The position numbers were made by a program, and so were the translations under genes. A DNA stretch of 20,000 bases from Catajapyx aquilonaris (taxonomy: Eukaryota): contig KZ538410.1 of assembly GCA_000934665.2 (NCBI GenBank), forward strand, positions 58,486 to 78,485, written 5' to 3'. The notes beneath the pieces are model-generated. The model was not told the origin of the DNA, made no database searches, and was given only the letters and a program-made list of their open reading frames with translations. Shown here in pieces: positions 10,398 through 20,000 of this stretch (position 1 is its first letter; each line of letters starts with the position of its first letter).

Positions 10398-11329
10398 CCT
10401 AATCCGGAGCAGGTCGATGTCCAGGTCGTTGGGGTCGTGCATAACTTCCCCAAGCAACATGTCTGAATCAGGCATGTACCTCCCTCGTCGATCTGAATCT
10501 GAATCCGAGCTCTTCATCAAGGGTTTCATAGAGGAAGAGTCAGAGTCAGTGGTTTCATCCAAGCTCCTCCCTCTCCCGCCTCCTCCTGTCCTTGCCCGTC
10601 CCCCACCACCAGCTCCTTTCCTCCCCCTCCCACCCCGTCGATTCCTTGCTCCGCTACTGCTGCCCCCACTTTCGTAATCGTCATCTGATTCGCTACTCTC
10701 CACATAGTGTTCGTAACCCTTCTCAATCCCTGTCTCCTCACTGGTAGCAGGCCAGTCCTTGAACTGGTCATAGTCGATACTGAGGAACTTGAGCTCCTTG
10801 TGCCCATTGCGCATCTCCTCCCCTCCCACCAGGTACTGTTCGCACAGGGTCTGCAGTTCCCCCCAATCAAGCACCCAGCTCAGTTCTTGCCACCGGGGGC
10901 TGGACAGGATGATAGCGAGGTCGTCACATAACTGCTGAGGGACTCCCAGTCTCTCTGCATCCAGAACTTGGTTGGGTGCTGACAAGACATCATAGTTCAG
11001 GCTCTCAGTCACATGGTCACCCTTGAATGAGATCAAGGCATCCAGGGTGCGCTCCTTCCTCTCTGGAAGTGACGGCGGAGGAGGGGGTGTAGGTGGTATT
11101 AGACGTGGCGGAACAGGTGCAGGAGAACTTGCAGGCGCAGGAGAACTTCCTTCTGCAGTGTTTGGAGTAGCAATGGCACCAGACATGACATGGCTAATGA
11201 GTGTGCCGACTTCACCTGGGGTAAAGCCATTCTTGGTGACCTCCCCATTCTTCGGAAGCTCGGCTGATTTGTCACTTGTGGAGTCCACATTCCCACCACT
11301 TGTTGAATCAGGCTGCCTTGTATCAACAT
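10398..11329 (-). CDS. Coding exon 7 (DVDTRQPD...LGVPQQLCDDLAIILSSPRWQELSWVLDWGELQTLC...LLRIR)
   Basis: Acceptor ttctgccctag|AT; donor AGG|GTATGA; 932 nt; phase 1 to 0. Contains the last conserved block of the family N-terminal domain, then acidic and RGG-rich segments. Confidence 0.88.
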
Positions 11330-11740
11330 CTAGGGCAGAATAATGCAATAAGACTTAGCAAGGTCATTCAGGCATGATACAAAATAAAACCCTCAGGCTC
11401 ATACTGAATCAGTTTTCAGTGGGCACACAACAATTATTGAGCAACCACCCATATTAACGTCTTTGTCCTATAATACCCCTTAATGTCTTAGAATGGCTCC
11501 ATGCACAACTACGTGATTGTCACATGCCTTTACATGATTATAACAAGTACCTGGACACAATGTTCTAAATGCACAATGGTTACTTCCAGATATTGTCCAC
11601 TTACTGGAGCAATGTAAATTACTGATAAAAGTAACATTATAACAGTATTCAAAAACTGCCTCTCAAAAATGGCAGTGGCTATCTGAGATAGTTTGGCTGC
11701 CAAATTCCACAAAACAAGCTCACCACAAAAACTGACTTAC

Positions 11741-12293
11741 CCATGCTATCAGCTGTTTCATCTGGTGAAGATGGAGATGGAATTGGGGCGCTGTCAGCAA
11801 TGGTCGAGTCACAGACGACTTCCTCCATTCCAGTCCACTCCTCAAGGCTTCGTTGCTGCCCTGTGTCACAAACTGGAGGTCCCCTGTCCACAGTGCTGCT
11901 GTCGGCTGTGCTGTTGACCACATTAGCCTGCACCACCAATTCCTCCTCCCTGTCAGTGCTGGTGGCTGCATCTGATACAGTAACTGCTGCCACCATTGCA
12001 GCCAGCTCCCCACCAACGTTCCTTCCCTGCCCTTGTGCAAGATCCTGCAACTTCTCCAACCTCTCTCGCGTTGGGTCCAGAGAGAATGCAGTAAGAACAC
12101 ACTCTCGGCACACCCCAAAGTTGTCCTGAAGATGCTCGCCCAGGCGCATGAACCCTTCTGCCAGTTGGGCCTCCTCTTTCCGCACAGCCATGTTGTCCTT
12201 ATTCTGCTTCTGCTGCTCCAAGGTGTTTAGATCCGTTGTCAGGCCACGAACGTAAAGCTCAATACATAGGGGCTTCACAAGCTTCTCTGAAAA
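11741..12293 (-). CDS. Coding exon 6 (FSEKLVKPLCIELYVRGLTTDLN...RECVLTAFSLDPT...DSM)
   Basis: Acceptor ctttcag|TTT; donor G|GTAAGT; 553 nt; phase 0 to 1. LCIELYVRGL and RECVLTAFSLDPT resemble family motifs LCVELCVKAL and RACQLSEFLIEPT. Confidence 0.88.
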
Positions 12294-12570
12294 CTGAAAG
12301 GCAAAGAGATTTATTAATGTCACCAAGCACAGCACTATTGAGCTCCAGATTTGCCAGAAAATATTCCACATAGCTATCATAACATTACGTACTTCAATGA
12401 CAAACGCCATGCCCAATAACCTAAACATGGCTCGTGGAAGAATATTTTTCTTTGCATTCATGGAAGCACACACAAGCATGCAATTCATATTACTTTCAGA
12501 TTTTGTATCAATTAATTCAGTTTAAAAAGGCACACAACAGAGGTGGAATGAGAAAGATTTATGGCCTCAC

Positions 12571-12891
12571 CTTTGCAACCAGAACATCGCAGAACAGGTA
12601 CAAATGCAGGGAGGACTCAGCAACCTGGGTGAGTTTTCGGATCATGCTGAAGAGGGTTTCGGTGGAGACCTCCAGATGACGCTGTACGTCAGCCCAGCTG
12701 AGCATGAGCTCTCTGAGATCCTCGTCTAAGGTGGTCACCATTGCCGAAGCCATGAATAACTGGCTGGCCAGATCTGCCACTTTCAGGCTGTTGCGCCAGA
12801 TTCGGCTCCCAGGGCCCTGTGGTGGAGACTCACGGCGGGACAAGAAGCGGCGGACCAGCAGGGCCCCTTCCTTTATGCTCAGGAGCTTCAG
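12571..12891 (-). CDS. Coding exon 5 (LKLLSIKEGALLVRR...HLYLFCDVLVAK)
   Basis: Acceptor ttttgttgctgcag|CTG; donor AAG|GTGAGG; 321 nt; phase 0 to 0. Helical, leucine-rich sequence. Confidence 0.88.
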
Positions 12892-13469
12892 CTGCAGCAA
12901 CAAAAGGAGAAAAAAATAACATTAATTAGCTACAAAACTTCTGGATATAAATTTAAACAACAGTGAATTTAAACACTGTCATGGTCAGATAACAAAATAA
13001 ATGTAAACAGCAGCATCAGAAAATTAATTCTTTCACTTTGCTGAAATGTATTGGGCAATTATCTGAATCCATTCAAACTGATACACAAAAGAATAGGACA
13101 ATGTCAAATAAGACAACATCCATGGCATAATATACAGGAGAATTTCAATGCTTTATGATATGGGCAAGGCACAGTTATTCCCGGTTATTCCTTTACAAAG
13201 TATAGCGCCACTTTAATGTCCTGACATTGACAATGCAACGAAGAGGAAGAGAAATCAAGGGGATTGGCAAATTTAATGATAGGCCAGAAATATCAATACT
13301 GCTTAAGGTACAAAATAGGTAGTTGTACCAGTGTAACAGAAAACACTTGGTTCATCCATGAAACATCAGACCTGCCATGGTACTCCCTCCACATCCTCAC
13401 TCCTATTTCCCTGCCTCTCCTGATCCTTCCCTTATCCAGCCTCACATGACCTTGACCCACAACAGGTTT

Positions 13470-13840
13470 TCCAATGCCAGGAACCAGATGTTACATAAAA
13501 ATTAAAGAGCCCATCTAGGTCCCTCCTCATGAAAAAGAGCCGAAGCAGTTCCGACTCATTGGCTTTTGCACACATGTAATAAACTCACTGTCAGAACATG
13601 TATTGCTTCTTAAACACACCATCATTAAATGACACTCCACATGACTGCATTGTTCAACCCCTGTTGCAGTGAATCACAGCTTGAGTAAATACCCACATTA
13701 CTACCTGCCCAAGGCTTTGTAGGGCCCTCAAGAAGTCCCCAGACTGCACACCTTTAATTTTCTCTGGCAAATCTCGCAAAGTAGTTTGGTAATGAAAGTC
13801 CTCAACTTAGCGAGAGAGCTTTCCATGAACTAAAATCTCC
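13470..13840 (+). mobile_element. Decayed 3' fragment of an I-group non-LTR retrotransposon ORF2
   Basis: Broken peptides NQMLHKIKEPI..., RAEAVPTH..., *LHCSTPVAVNHSLSKYPHY and VLNLARE resemble the NKL-x-x-IKP, REEVVLTRLR and C-x2-C-x-PLTV-x-HIL-x-x-CP motifs found after RNase H in I-group LINEs. Multiple stops and frameshifts. Confidence 0.4.
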
Positions 13841-14271
13841 CTTCCCTATTCAAGAGCCACTCAACTTTTACTCCAACGTGGCCAAAAATCAAGAGGTGTA
13901 TGTGCCTGTCACTCACATCAATTGCCTGTTACGCAATATGGCTTTCCTGCAGATATTCCTGGGAAATTACCGCCCATTGTTTGATAAGCATTCCGCAGCA
14001 GTAAGAAAATGATCAGCCTTAGGGCAGGTTGCACCAATGCAAGATTCAGGTTCAAGCTTGCCCTTGTTGTTGTTCATTGTCGCCAATAATTAATAGCGAG
14101 TGGACAGCAATACCAAAATCAGCTTTTGTGTTGGTGCAACCAGACCTTAGACTACACAGGTCGCACAGAACACTCCAACTCCATGGCCATCACAGCAGCA
14201 TTAGCATCCGATTTACTTCTAGTGCTAAATCCCAACAAACAAATCACTGCACTGCCTACACTGTCACGCAC

Positions 14272-14507
14272 CTCGTTGAAGATTTCAGTCTTCTGCTTCT
14301 TCTTGTTCAGCAGTGCAATGTACAGGTCAAGCATCATCAGATTCTGCTCCTTACTACACAGCTCTTGGAACCGCGTGTCCTCCATCCTCAAGCACTGTAA
14401 GCACACCCTGCTTAACTTCAGGGCTAGGTCCTCACATCGCGATTCACAGAGCATCTCCAAGCGCATAACTAAAAGGAGTGGGGTCTCCTGCAGGCATAGC
14501 TCCAGTG
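14272..14507 (-). CDS. Coding exon 4 (ALELCLQETPLLLVMRLEMLCESRCEDLALKLSRVC...IFNE)
   Basis: Follows a 63-nt intron; acceptor cggcag|CA; donor GAG|GTGCGT; phase 1 to 0. ETPLLLVMRLEML resembles ZNF292 EGPILLDMRIKHL. Confidence 0.85.
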
Positions 14508-14570
14508 CTGCCGGAAATGAGAAAATACTCATTAGCAACTAGCTACTTCAAGCTGAGAATCCCAACAGAC

Positions 14571-14785
14571 CTTTCTCGTCATCCAATCCATCGCCTGTGA
14601 GCACCTGTGTGAGCGTGTTCTGCCCCCAGGGATCCTTCACTAAGCTGAGGAGATGACGGCACTTGGAAGCAACACTGTGATTGGTGAAGGCAGCAGCACA
14701 TCGCTGCAGGGTTACACACAAATGAGTCTTCACCACCTTCTGCAGTTTTGGCCATTCACCCCGCAGGACCAGGAGGAGGGTATCC
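14571..14785 (-). CDS. Coding exon 3 (RDTLLLVLRGEWPK...DPWGQNTLTQVLTGDGLDDEK)
   Basis: Acceptor ttttccag|G; donor G|GTCTGT; 215 nt; phase 2 to 1. DPWGQNTLTQVL resembles the W-x-NPVL-x-x-IL segment of the ZNF292/RLF N-terminus (recalled, not aligned by tool). Confidence 0.85.
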
Positions 14786-14856
14786 CTGGAAAACACATGC
14801 ATCAAATTGCATAACAATATGCACCTAATATTTTTTTAATCATCACACTGACTTAC

Positions 14857-14999
14857 CTGTACATGTAATCTGTGAGTGCCTGGATGTCGTCTGGACTGGC
14901 TGACGTTGGTAGGGATGCCAGTCGTCCCCATGCTGACAGAAGTGCGCACACCTTGTCCTGGTATTTCTTGTCTGGATCGTGCAAACAGGCTTCTAAGCC
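14857..14999 (-). CDS. Coding exon 2 (GLEACLHDPDKKYQDK...TDYMY)
   Basis: Acceptor gctgcttccag|GGC; donor AG|GTAAGT; 143 nt; phase 0 to 2. Confidence 0.85.
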
Positions 15000-17114
15000 C
15001 TGGAAGCAGCAAAAGTGTGCAAAAAAAATGTAAACTTGTAAAAGAATACTTGACTCAGACATATCTATACTCACAAAAACCCAAAAGCAATCAACCATCA
15101 ATATCATAGAGAGCATCTGTAACATTGCCACAATATACCATGTGATCCATTGTCAAGAACAAATATTTACTCAACACAAATGTTACCTTACAGGCATTAT
15201 GTATGCATTTTGTCTTTCTCCAAGGGGTACTAAGTACACATTACACAATGATCTATTAACAGTACTATTAGTGTGAACACTGGCAATGCAAAACAACAAA
15301 ATCTAAAACAGGATTCATTATTATACTAAAAATACTTAAGAAAATAATATTACATCACAAAAATAACACCGTTAAATATTTCTGCTATTACATTTGTTAC
15401 ATCACACAGGCTGTTATCACGACAGCTCCCTACAACATAGTCATACTACTTTCATGCAAAATTGTGTTACCACATGCAACCTTGACCCACAATGCCAAGT
15501 GTGTATCACTGCATGCACATAACTCCAAAGTGTAAACAAACACAATGCACCTGCATAGAGATCTTATCTGAGTTATCTTTACATGCTCCACACAGCACAA
15601 AATTCAGCATTTTCACACAGACATGCAAAAATCAACATTTTACAGTCAACTTCCATAACAACTATTGCAATAGGACTGAATACACAGTGACAATCCTCAT
15701 ATGAAAACAGTTCACGTCCTGGGGAGTCCAGAGAGCAGGTTTTCCTTCGACTCCAGAAACTTCCAGTTATGGAGTTTGACCATATTCACACCCAGAGAGT
15801 CACACGTGTGAACAACATGAGAGAGCATTGGACCCACCCGCTTCATGACACACTCTTCTGCCCACAATATTATTACAACCACCTCTGTTAAAATGTGGCT
15901 TTCATATTTACATCCCATCAGAAGTGCTATAAAAAAGATGTGCATTTCTTTGCTTTAGAAAGAGAAACCCGCCTGATAAAAGTGTCAAAACTTCCCGGAA
16001 CACACAGCCTCTTAAAAGGTTAAAAGTCTTTGGACACATGTGTCTGGAATCAACAAGTACATACCCTCCCAAGAGGTACAAACAATGGGACACACTTACT
16101 TCGCGCACTACCAAAGTCGGATTCTTCATCATCTCACTGGCAGGTTTAGCTGCGACTTAGGCCTGAGGGGAGAGTCGCCAGTAGAACCGCAGCTGCTTTG
16201 TGGCCAAACGAAACACACAAAAAAACAAAATTCGCTACCTGAGAGTCACACTGTCACATCTCATTTGCACGAGTAGAAACTAAAATCTTCACGCACCAAA
16301 ATGTGCATGCCTGTCTAGCGGGTGGCCCACCCTGAACTTACAAACCATACACGTCTAACGTTGGATGGCCAATTAAGCATCCAGGCCACGCACAAGCACC
16401 TGATCACCTTGGAAACACATAGTAGTGTACATCACGGCAACTACACACTACTGATGACGTATGCATGCAAGACATACACCAAGATGCATAAACACGTCAC
16501 CAAAAAATGTGGCTGTCTGCACTTAGAGCCTGGCCTGCATCCGTAATTCAACTGTGACTTACTAATTACAGTCTGCCTGTACCAAGATTGCCGTGGAAGC
16601 TTGGGCTTTGCCATGGTAACGCATATCTTTCACTGACGAGGAAGGAATCAAGTTATCACGATACTGTCCTGGCTACATAAAGAGGAGAATTGATAGCCAA
16701 CACACTTGCAGGATAAGTGTTGTACTACCCCATCTACCAACTTTGGCACTTGGATGGAATTAACTGCGTGCCTCAAAAGTGAAAATGTTTCCCATGCTGA
16801 CCAACAGTCAATAACAAGCACGTTATTCTATCAAAAGGTAGAAGTCAAGACTCAAAAGCTGGATGCTGGCTATCCACCCGCCTCTCCTGCAATGGAAAGG
16901 TTTGGGTGTTGCCACAACTTGGGTCTAGTTGCTTGAGCAAAGACTGATCCATGCTACACACAACTCCTCCTGGATAACTTGTGATCATGCAAATGGCCAC
17001 ACTGGTGTGCACTACTAGTAAGCACTGTATTTCAATGTTGAAGAGTTCTGACTGTGATCGCCACCGTTTTATTTACATGCGGGCGGTCGCACCGGCGCAT
17101 GATTCCGGTACTGA

Positions 17115-17350
17115 CTTGCCCTTGTAATTGCTGGTGACACTGAATCTAAACCCTGGCATACGCTGGCCCATGCGCTAGTCTGGAAGTGATAATGGCAACA
17201 GTGCTGCCAGTCGGCTTCGTTTGCAACAGGCAGCAAGTAATCGCAGTAACGGCCAAACTCCCACTGCAATCTCAGTACTGGCAGAGCGCGTAAGAAGTGA
17301 TCAGCGTGGGACACTCTGCGTGTGACACGGCCTGGCCCAACCCCTGCGGC
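17115..17350 (+). mobile_element. Possible decayed 5' fragment of a CR1/L2-group LINE (2A-like motif plus PHD-like relic)
   Basis: LALVIAGDTES followed by NPG after a 1-nt shift. ERVRSDQRGTLC follows in the NPG frame, with CDTAWPNPC nearby. Confidence 0.3.
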
Positions 17351-17672
17351 CAACAGCTGAACATACCCATGTCAGTGAACTGTTACCTTCCTCTCCCCTG
17401 CTCAACATCCATCCTCCCTCATCTCCAAAAAAACCTCCAGCCTAGTCCTCGCCTACCCTGCACTTTTTCTCCACCCCAGTGTCCCGTCTCTCCCCTGGAG
17501 GGGTCAGGGGGTCCGCCCTGTGGGGGTCAGACCGGGTCGGAAAGGGTCCGCAAGAGGCGAGCGAACCCTCCCCGCCCCAGTGACTTGGTTCGAACAAAAC
17601 TTCCCCGTTTCCCCTCCGAACAGAGAGTGTCCATTCGCTCCCTTCCAACTCTCCACCCTGAGTGTTTCTCAC

Positions 17673-17798
17673 CTTGTAGACGGCCAGGAAGTGGTTCCCT
17701 TTCTCCGGGAGGTGTCCGTTGGCCGAGGAGGACGAGGTGGGCCCAGTGTTGTTGGTGGTGGAGGTAAGGGAGCCCGACCCTTCACTCACGGACGCCAT
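17673..17798 (-). CDS. Coding exon 1 of RLF/ZNF292/ZNF654-family N-terminal-domain protein (MASVSEGSGS...FLAVYK, 42 aa)
   Basis: ATG in aagATGGCG context inside a CpG-rich zone. Ends at a strong donor AAG|GTGAGA. Phase 0 matches the exon 2 acceptor. Confidence 0.75.
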
Positions 17799-18000
17799 CT
17801 TAGAAAAAAGTTTCCATTCGTTCTCCCCCTCTCTCTGTACTACGCTGCCAGGCCACAGCCAGCCTCTCTCTCCAGTCCAGCCAGGCCAAATACGAGTGCT
17901 AGGCTTTGCTAGGCGCACAGACCCGCCGTCGCTGATTGGTCCTCCCCCGCATACACCCTCCCTCCTCTCTGGCTCCTCGTCTCCGCCAATCGCAAGGGTC
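17799..18000 (-). promoter_or_regulatory. Putative promoter/5' UTR with two oppositely oriented CCAAT (NF-Y-type) boxes
   Basis: GACCAATCAGC on the minus strand (CCAAT at 17935-17939) and GCCAATCG on the plus strand (17986-17990), in a CpG-rich zone just upstream of the ATG. Confidence 0.5.
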
Positions 18001-18166
18001 AGCACACCGTCCCCTCTTCTCTCTTCCACACCGCTCGAGTCAAATCAGGGTCTCGGTTTGTAGTTGGGGTGCGCTCAGAAGGTGCGCGTTGGAATGTGTA
18101 CGGTACCGTATCGGACAACAATAGTCATCGCCAAGAAAGGATGAGCCTCCTATTCGCTTACCAACT

Positions 18167-18748
18167 CACAGTCAACGGAACATAACCTTGGAATCTCCAC
18201 TTTTCCTGTTTTCAGTGGAGATGGCGCGTCACACAACAATGGGCAGCGTTCTTGTTGACAAATACTGTTTGCTCCCATTGTTATTGCATTAGGGTGCCCA
18301 TTAGGGCGCATTATGGCAGAGGGAGCATATACTACATACGAGGCGCAAACATTCGATTTCCGCGTCTCTCTGTTTGGGACCGTTGCCAAGGCTGGCGGCC
18401 ATTTTGAAGTGAGGGAAACGCCAGCGAGGTATAAATAGGGTACAGGCAAAAATAGGGTCCGCCATCTTTGATTCGCGCGTGTTCTTGCCGTGTAGTTGCC
18501 ATGGCCGCCAAAACCATCAAAGATGGCGGACCCTATTTTTGCCTGCACTCTATTTATACCTCGGTGGCGTTGCCCCTACTTCAAAATGGCCGCCAGCCTT
18601 GGCAACGGCCCCACACAGAGAGACGCAGAAATCAATGGCGCTGACCGAAGTTTGCGCCTCTTATGTGTCGGATTAGGGCATCTCAAGGAAAACAGGGATA
18701 GTGGGAGATTCCAAAGGTTGTGTTCGGCAGATATATCCGTTCACTATA
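18167..18748. mobile_element. Long palindromic (foldback) element upstream of the gene
   Basis: Inner arms ~18334-18472 vs 18516-18666 with a 43-nt loop. Outer arms ~18167-18223 vs ~18678-18748. The left arm carries an extra ~100 bp. Confidence 0.75.
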
Positions 18749-19005
18749 CGTCATTTCGCTTACCAACGTATGTATAAGTTGATAAGCGAAATGATGTCAA
18801 TGGCAAGTTAGGCTGGGCCGGGTTTGGTTTGGTTTATTAGGAAGAAGCCAAAGCAACTGTGGCTATCTGTCTATTAAGGGCGCACGGTCACGACGATTTT
18901 TCCCACTCGCGGAGGCCAAGTTGGGCCGAGGGACGGGTGCAGCGTTGTGTTCGCACCGCCGGTGTGGCCGTCTTGCTGGAGGTGCGGACCTGAAATTGTC
19001 ACAGC

Positions 19006-19296
19006 ATGGCGAGGAAGAGCCAATTGAGCCTCCGGACCAAGGCTCGATCAATTCGGATAATAATTGCGCGATCTAGAAGGGGAAGAGTTTTTAAAAAACG
19101 GGTCACGGCATCTTGGCCCAGGATGCGAATTTGGGAAGAATCTCGACGTCTCACGATGGCCTTAGCCCTCCTCTTGCTACTCCTCCAAAGCGCGATTTTT
19201 TGGGCCTGTGGTTTTTGCGCAAGTAGAAAAATCCAGTCACCCCCGCAACAAGTAAAATCGAGTAAAATAGCCGGGAGAACTCGCTGATGAAGAGCG
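19006..19296 (+). other. Possible first exon of a divergently transcribed gene
   Basis: CpG-rich, non-repetitive segment. ORF contains a signal-peptide-like MALALLLLLLQSAIFWACGFCA (ATG 19156). Only weak donors (CAA|GTAAAA at 19251, GCG|GTTGGT at 19296). Confidence 0.2.
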
Positions 19297-19585
19297 GTTG
19301 GTAGTGCACCCGAGCCCCCCCACCCCACCTCAACCAACCCTACTCTCCACTTGCTTGCTGCAGGGGGGAACCGGATTTTGGGATGGTTTTGGGGCTAAAA
19401 GGGTACGGACGATGCCTGGTGTTCTGCGTAATCGTGGAATGCATACCATAGAGAATATCACTGAATATGACTTATACATTATTTTCCCCGGCAAATGCAT
19501 TGAAGCGCTGGCCAATGGACGGAGCAAATCGACTTGCTTCGTGCGGAAGCGAATCACTGCTATTTTTACTATTTCTTTCCATTTT

Positions 19586-19676
19586 TGTTGGTGGTGGTGT
19601 TGTTGTTGTTGTTATTATTATTATTATGATCGTTAATGATGATGATGATGATGCTGATGCTGATGATGATGATGCT
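19586..19676. repeat. Compound trinucleotide microsatellite (GGT)(TGT)(TAT)(GAT/GCT)
   Basis: Successive short runs of related triplets. Confidence 0.9.
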
Positions 19677-19711
19677 AATAATGCGGTCACTCGCATTGTA
19701 CGCGTGGGACC

Positions 19712-20000
19712 AATTTTTCTGACGCATATATGCAACCAAACTTGTCAATCGAGTTCAATAATCTTTATATACCCCGGGGGTAGGTAAGTTGGGGGTCCTC
19801 CTGTCGCCTCAAGTGCTCCACCCTTCGGCCCTCCAGGGCGATGTGTGGACCTTCCCAGATGTCATCCAAGTGCACGAGGTCATGGGCCGATGCAGAGAAA
19901 GGAAGCAATTAGCAGGAGGACCCCCAACTTACCTACCCCCGGGGTATAAGGATTATTGAACTCGATTGACAAGTTTGGTTGCATATGCGTCAGAAAAATT
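19712..20000. mobile_element. Foldback/MITE-like element, truncated by the window end
   Basis: 19712-19803 is an almost perfect reverse complement of 19913-20000, differing by small indels and a mismatch in TA runs. The loop is about 109 nt. Confidence 0.8.

Noticed and set aside
15712..16132. Minus-strand ORFs in intron 1 as extra exons
   Set aside because: No phase-compatible strong donor. Exons 1 and 2 already join in frame.
17442..18029. 195-aa minus-strand ORF as a complete gene
   Set aside because: Only 17673-17798 has a good ATG and donor. The rest is GC-rich promoter and intron sequence.
18150..18777. Pairs of similar ORFs on opposite strands (QRWRTLFLP...SKWPPALAT)
   Set aside because: Simply reflect the two palindrome arms; no transposase motif is present.
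19298..19787. ORFs with poly-C/Y/V/I/D runs
   Set aside because: Translations of the compound microsatellite.
1..20000. CRISPR arrays, operons, tRNA or rRNA genes
   Set aside because: No regularly spaced repeats or recognisable RNA genes. The region is a spliceosomal-intron eukaryotic locus.

Overview
Eukaryotic genomic DNA, probably from an invertebrate (arthropod-like; the species cannot be assigned from sequence alone). About 90% of the window is one minus-strand, multi-exon gene. Its ATG is at 17798, it has 9 phase-consistent GT-AG coding exons including a 4.85 kb exon, and its frame is still open at base 1 (>2860 aa). The N-terminus matches the helical-repeat domain of the RLF/ZNF292/ZNF654 family. 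No C2H2 zinc finger is seen in the window; the rest is a very large Q/P/S/T/A-rich disordered region with a few short ordered motifs. Introns and the upstream region carry several non-autonomous DNA elements: a TTA-flanked foldback with a nested hAT-like insertion, a TA-flanked pogo/Tigger-like MITE, and two further long foldbacks. There are also two faint decayed LINE fragments (one with a 2A-like relic) and microsatellites. I found no clear new biological system. The best leads are the finger-less RLF/ZNF292 homolog, its possible alternative 3' ends, and the promoter-proximal foldback composite.
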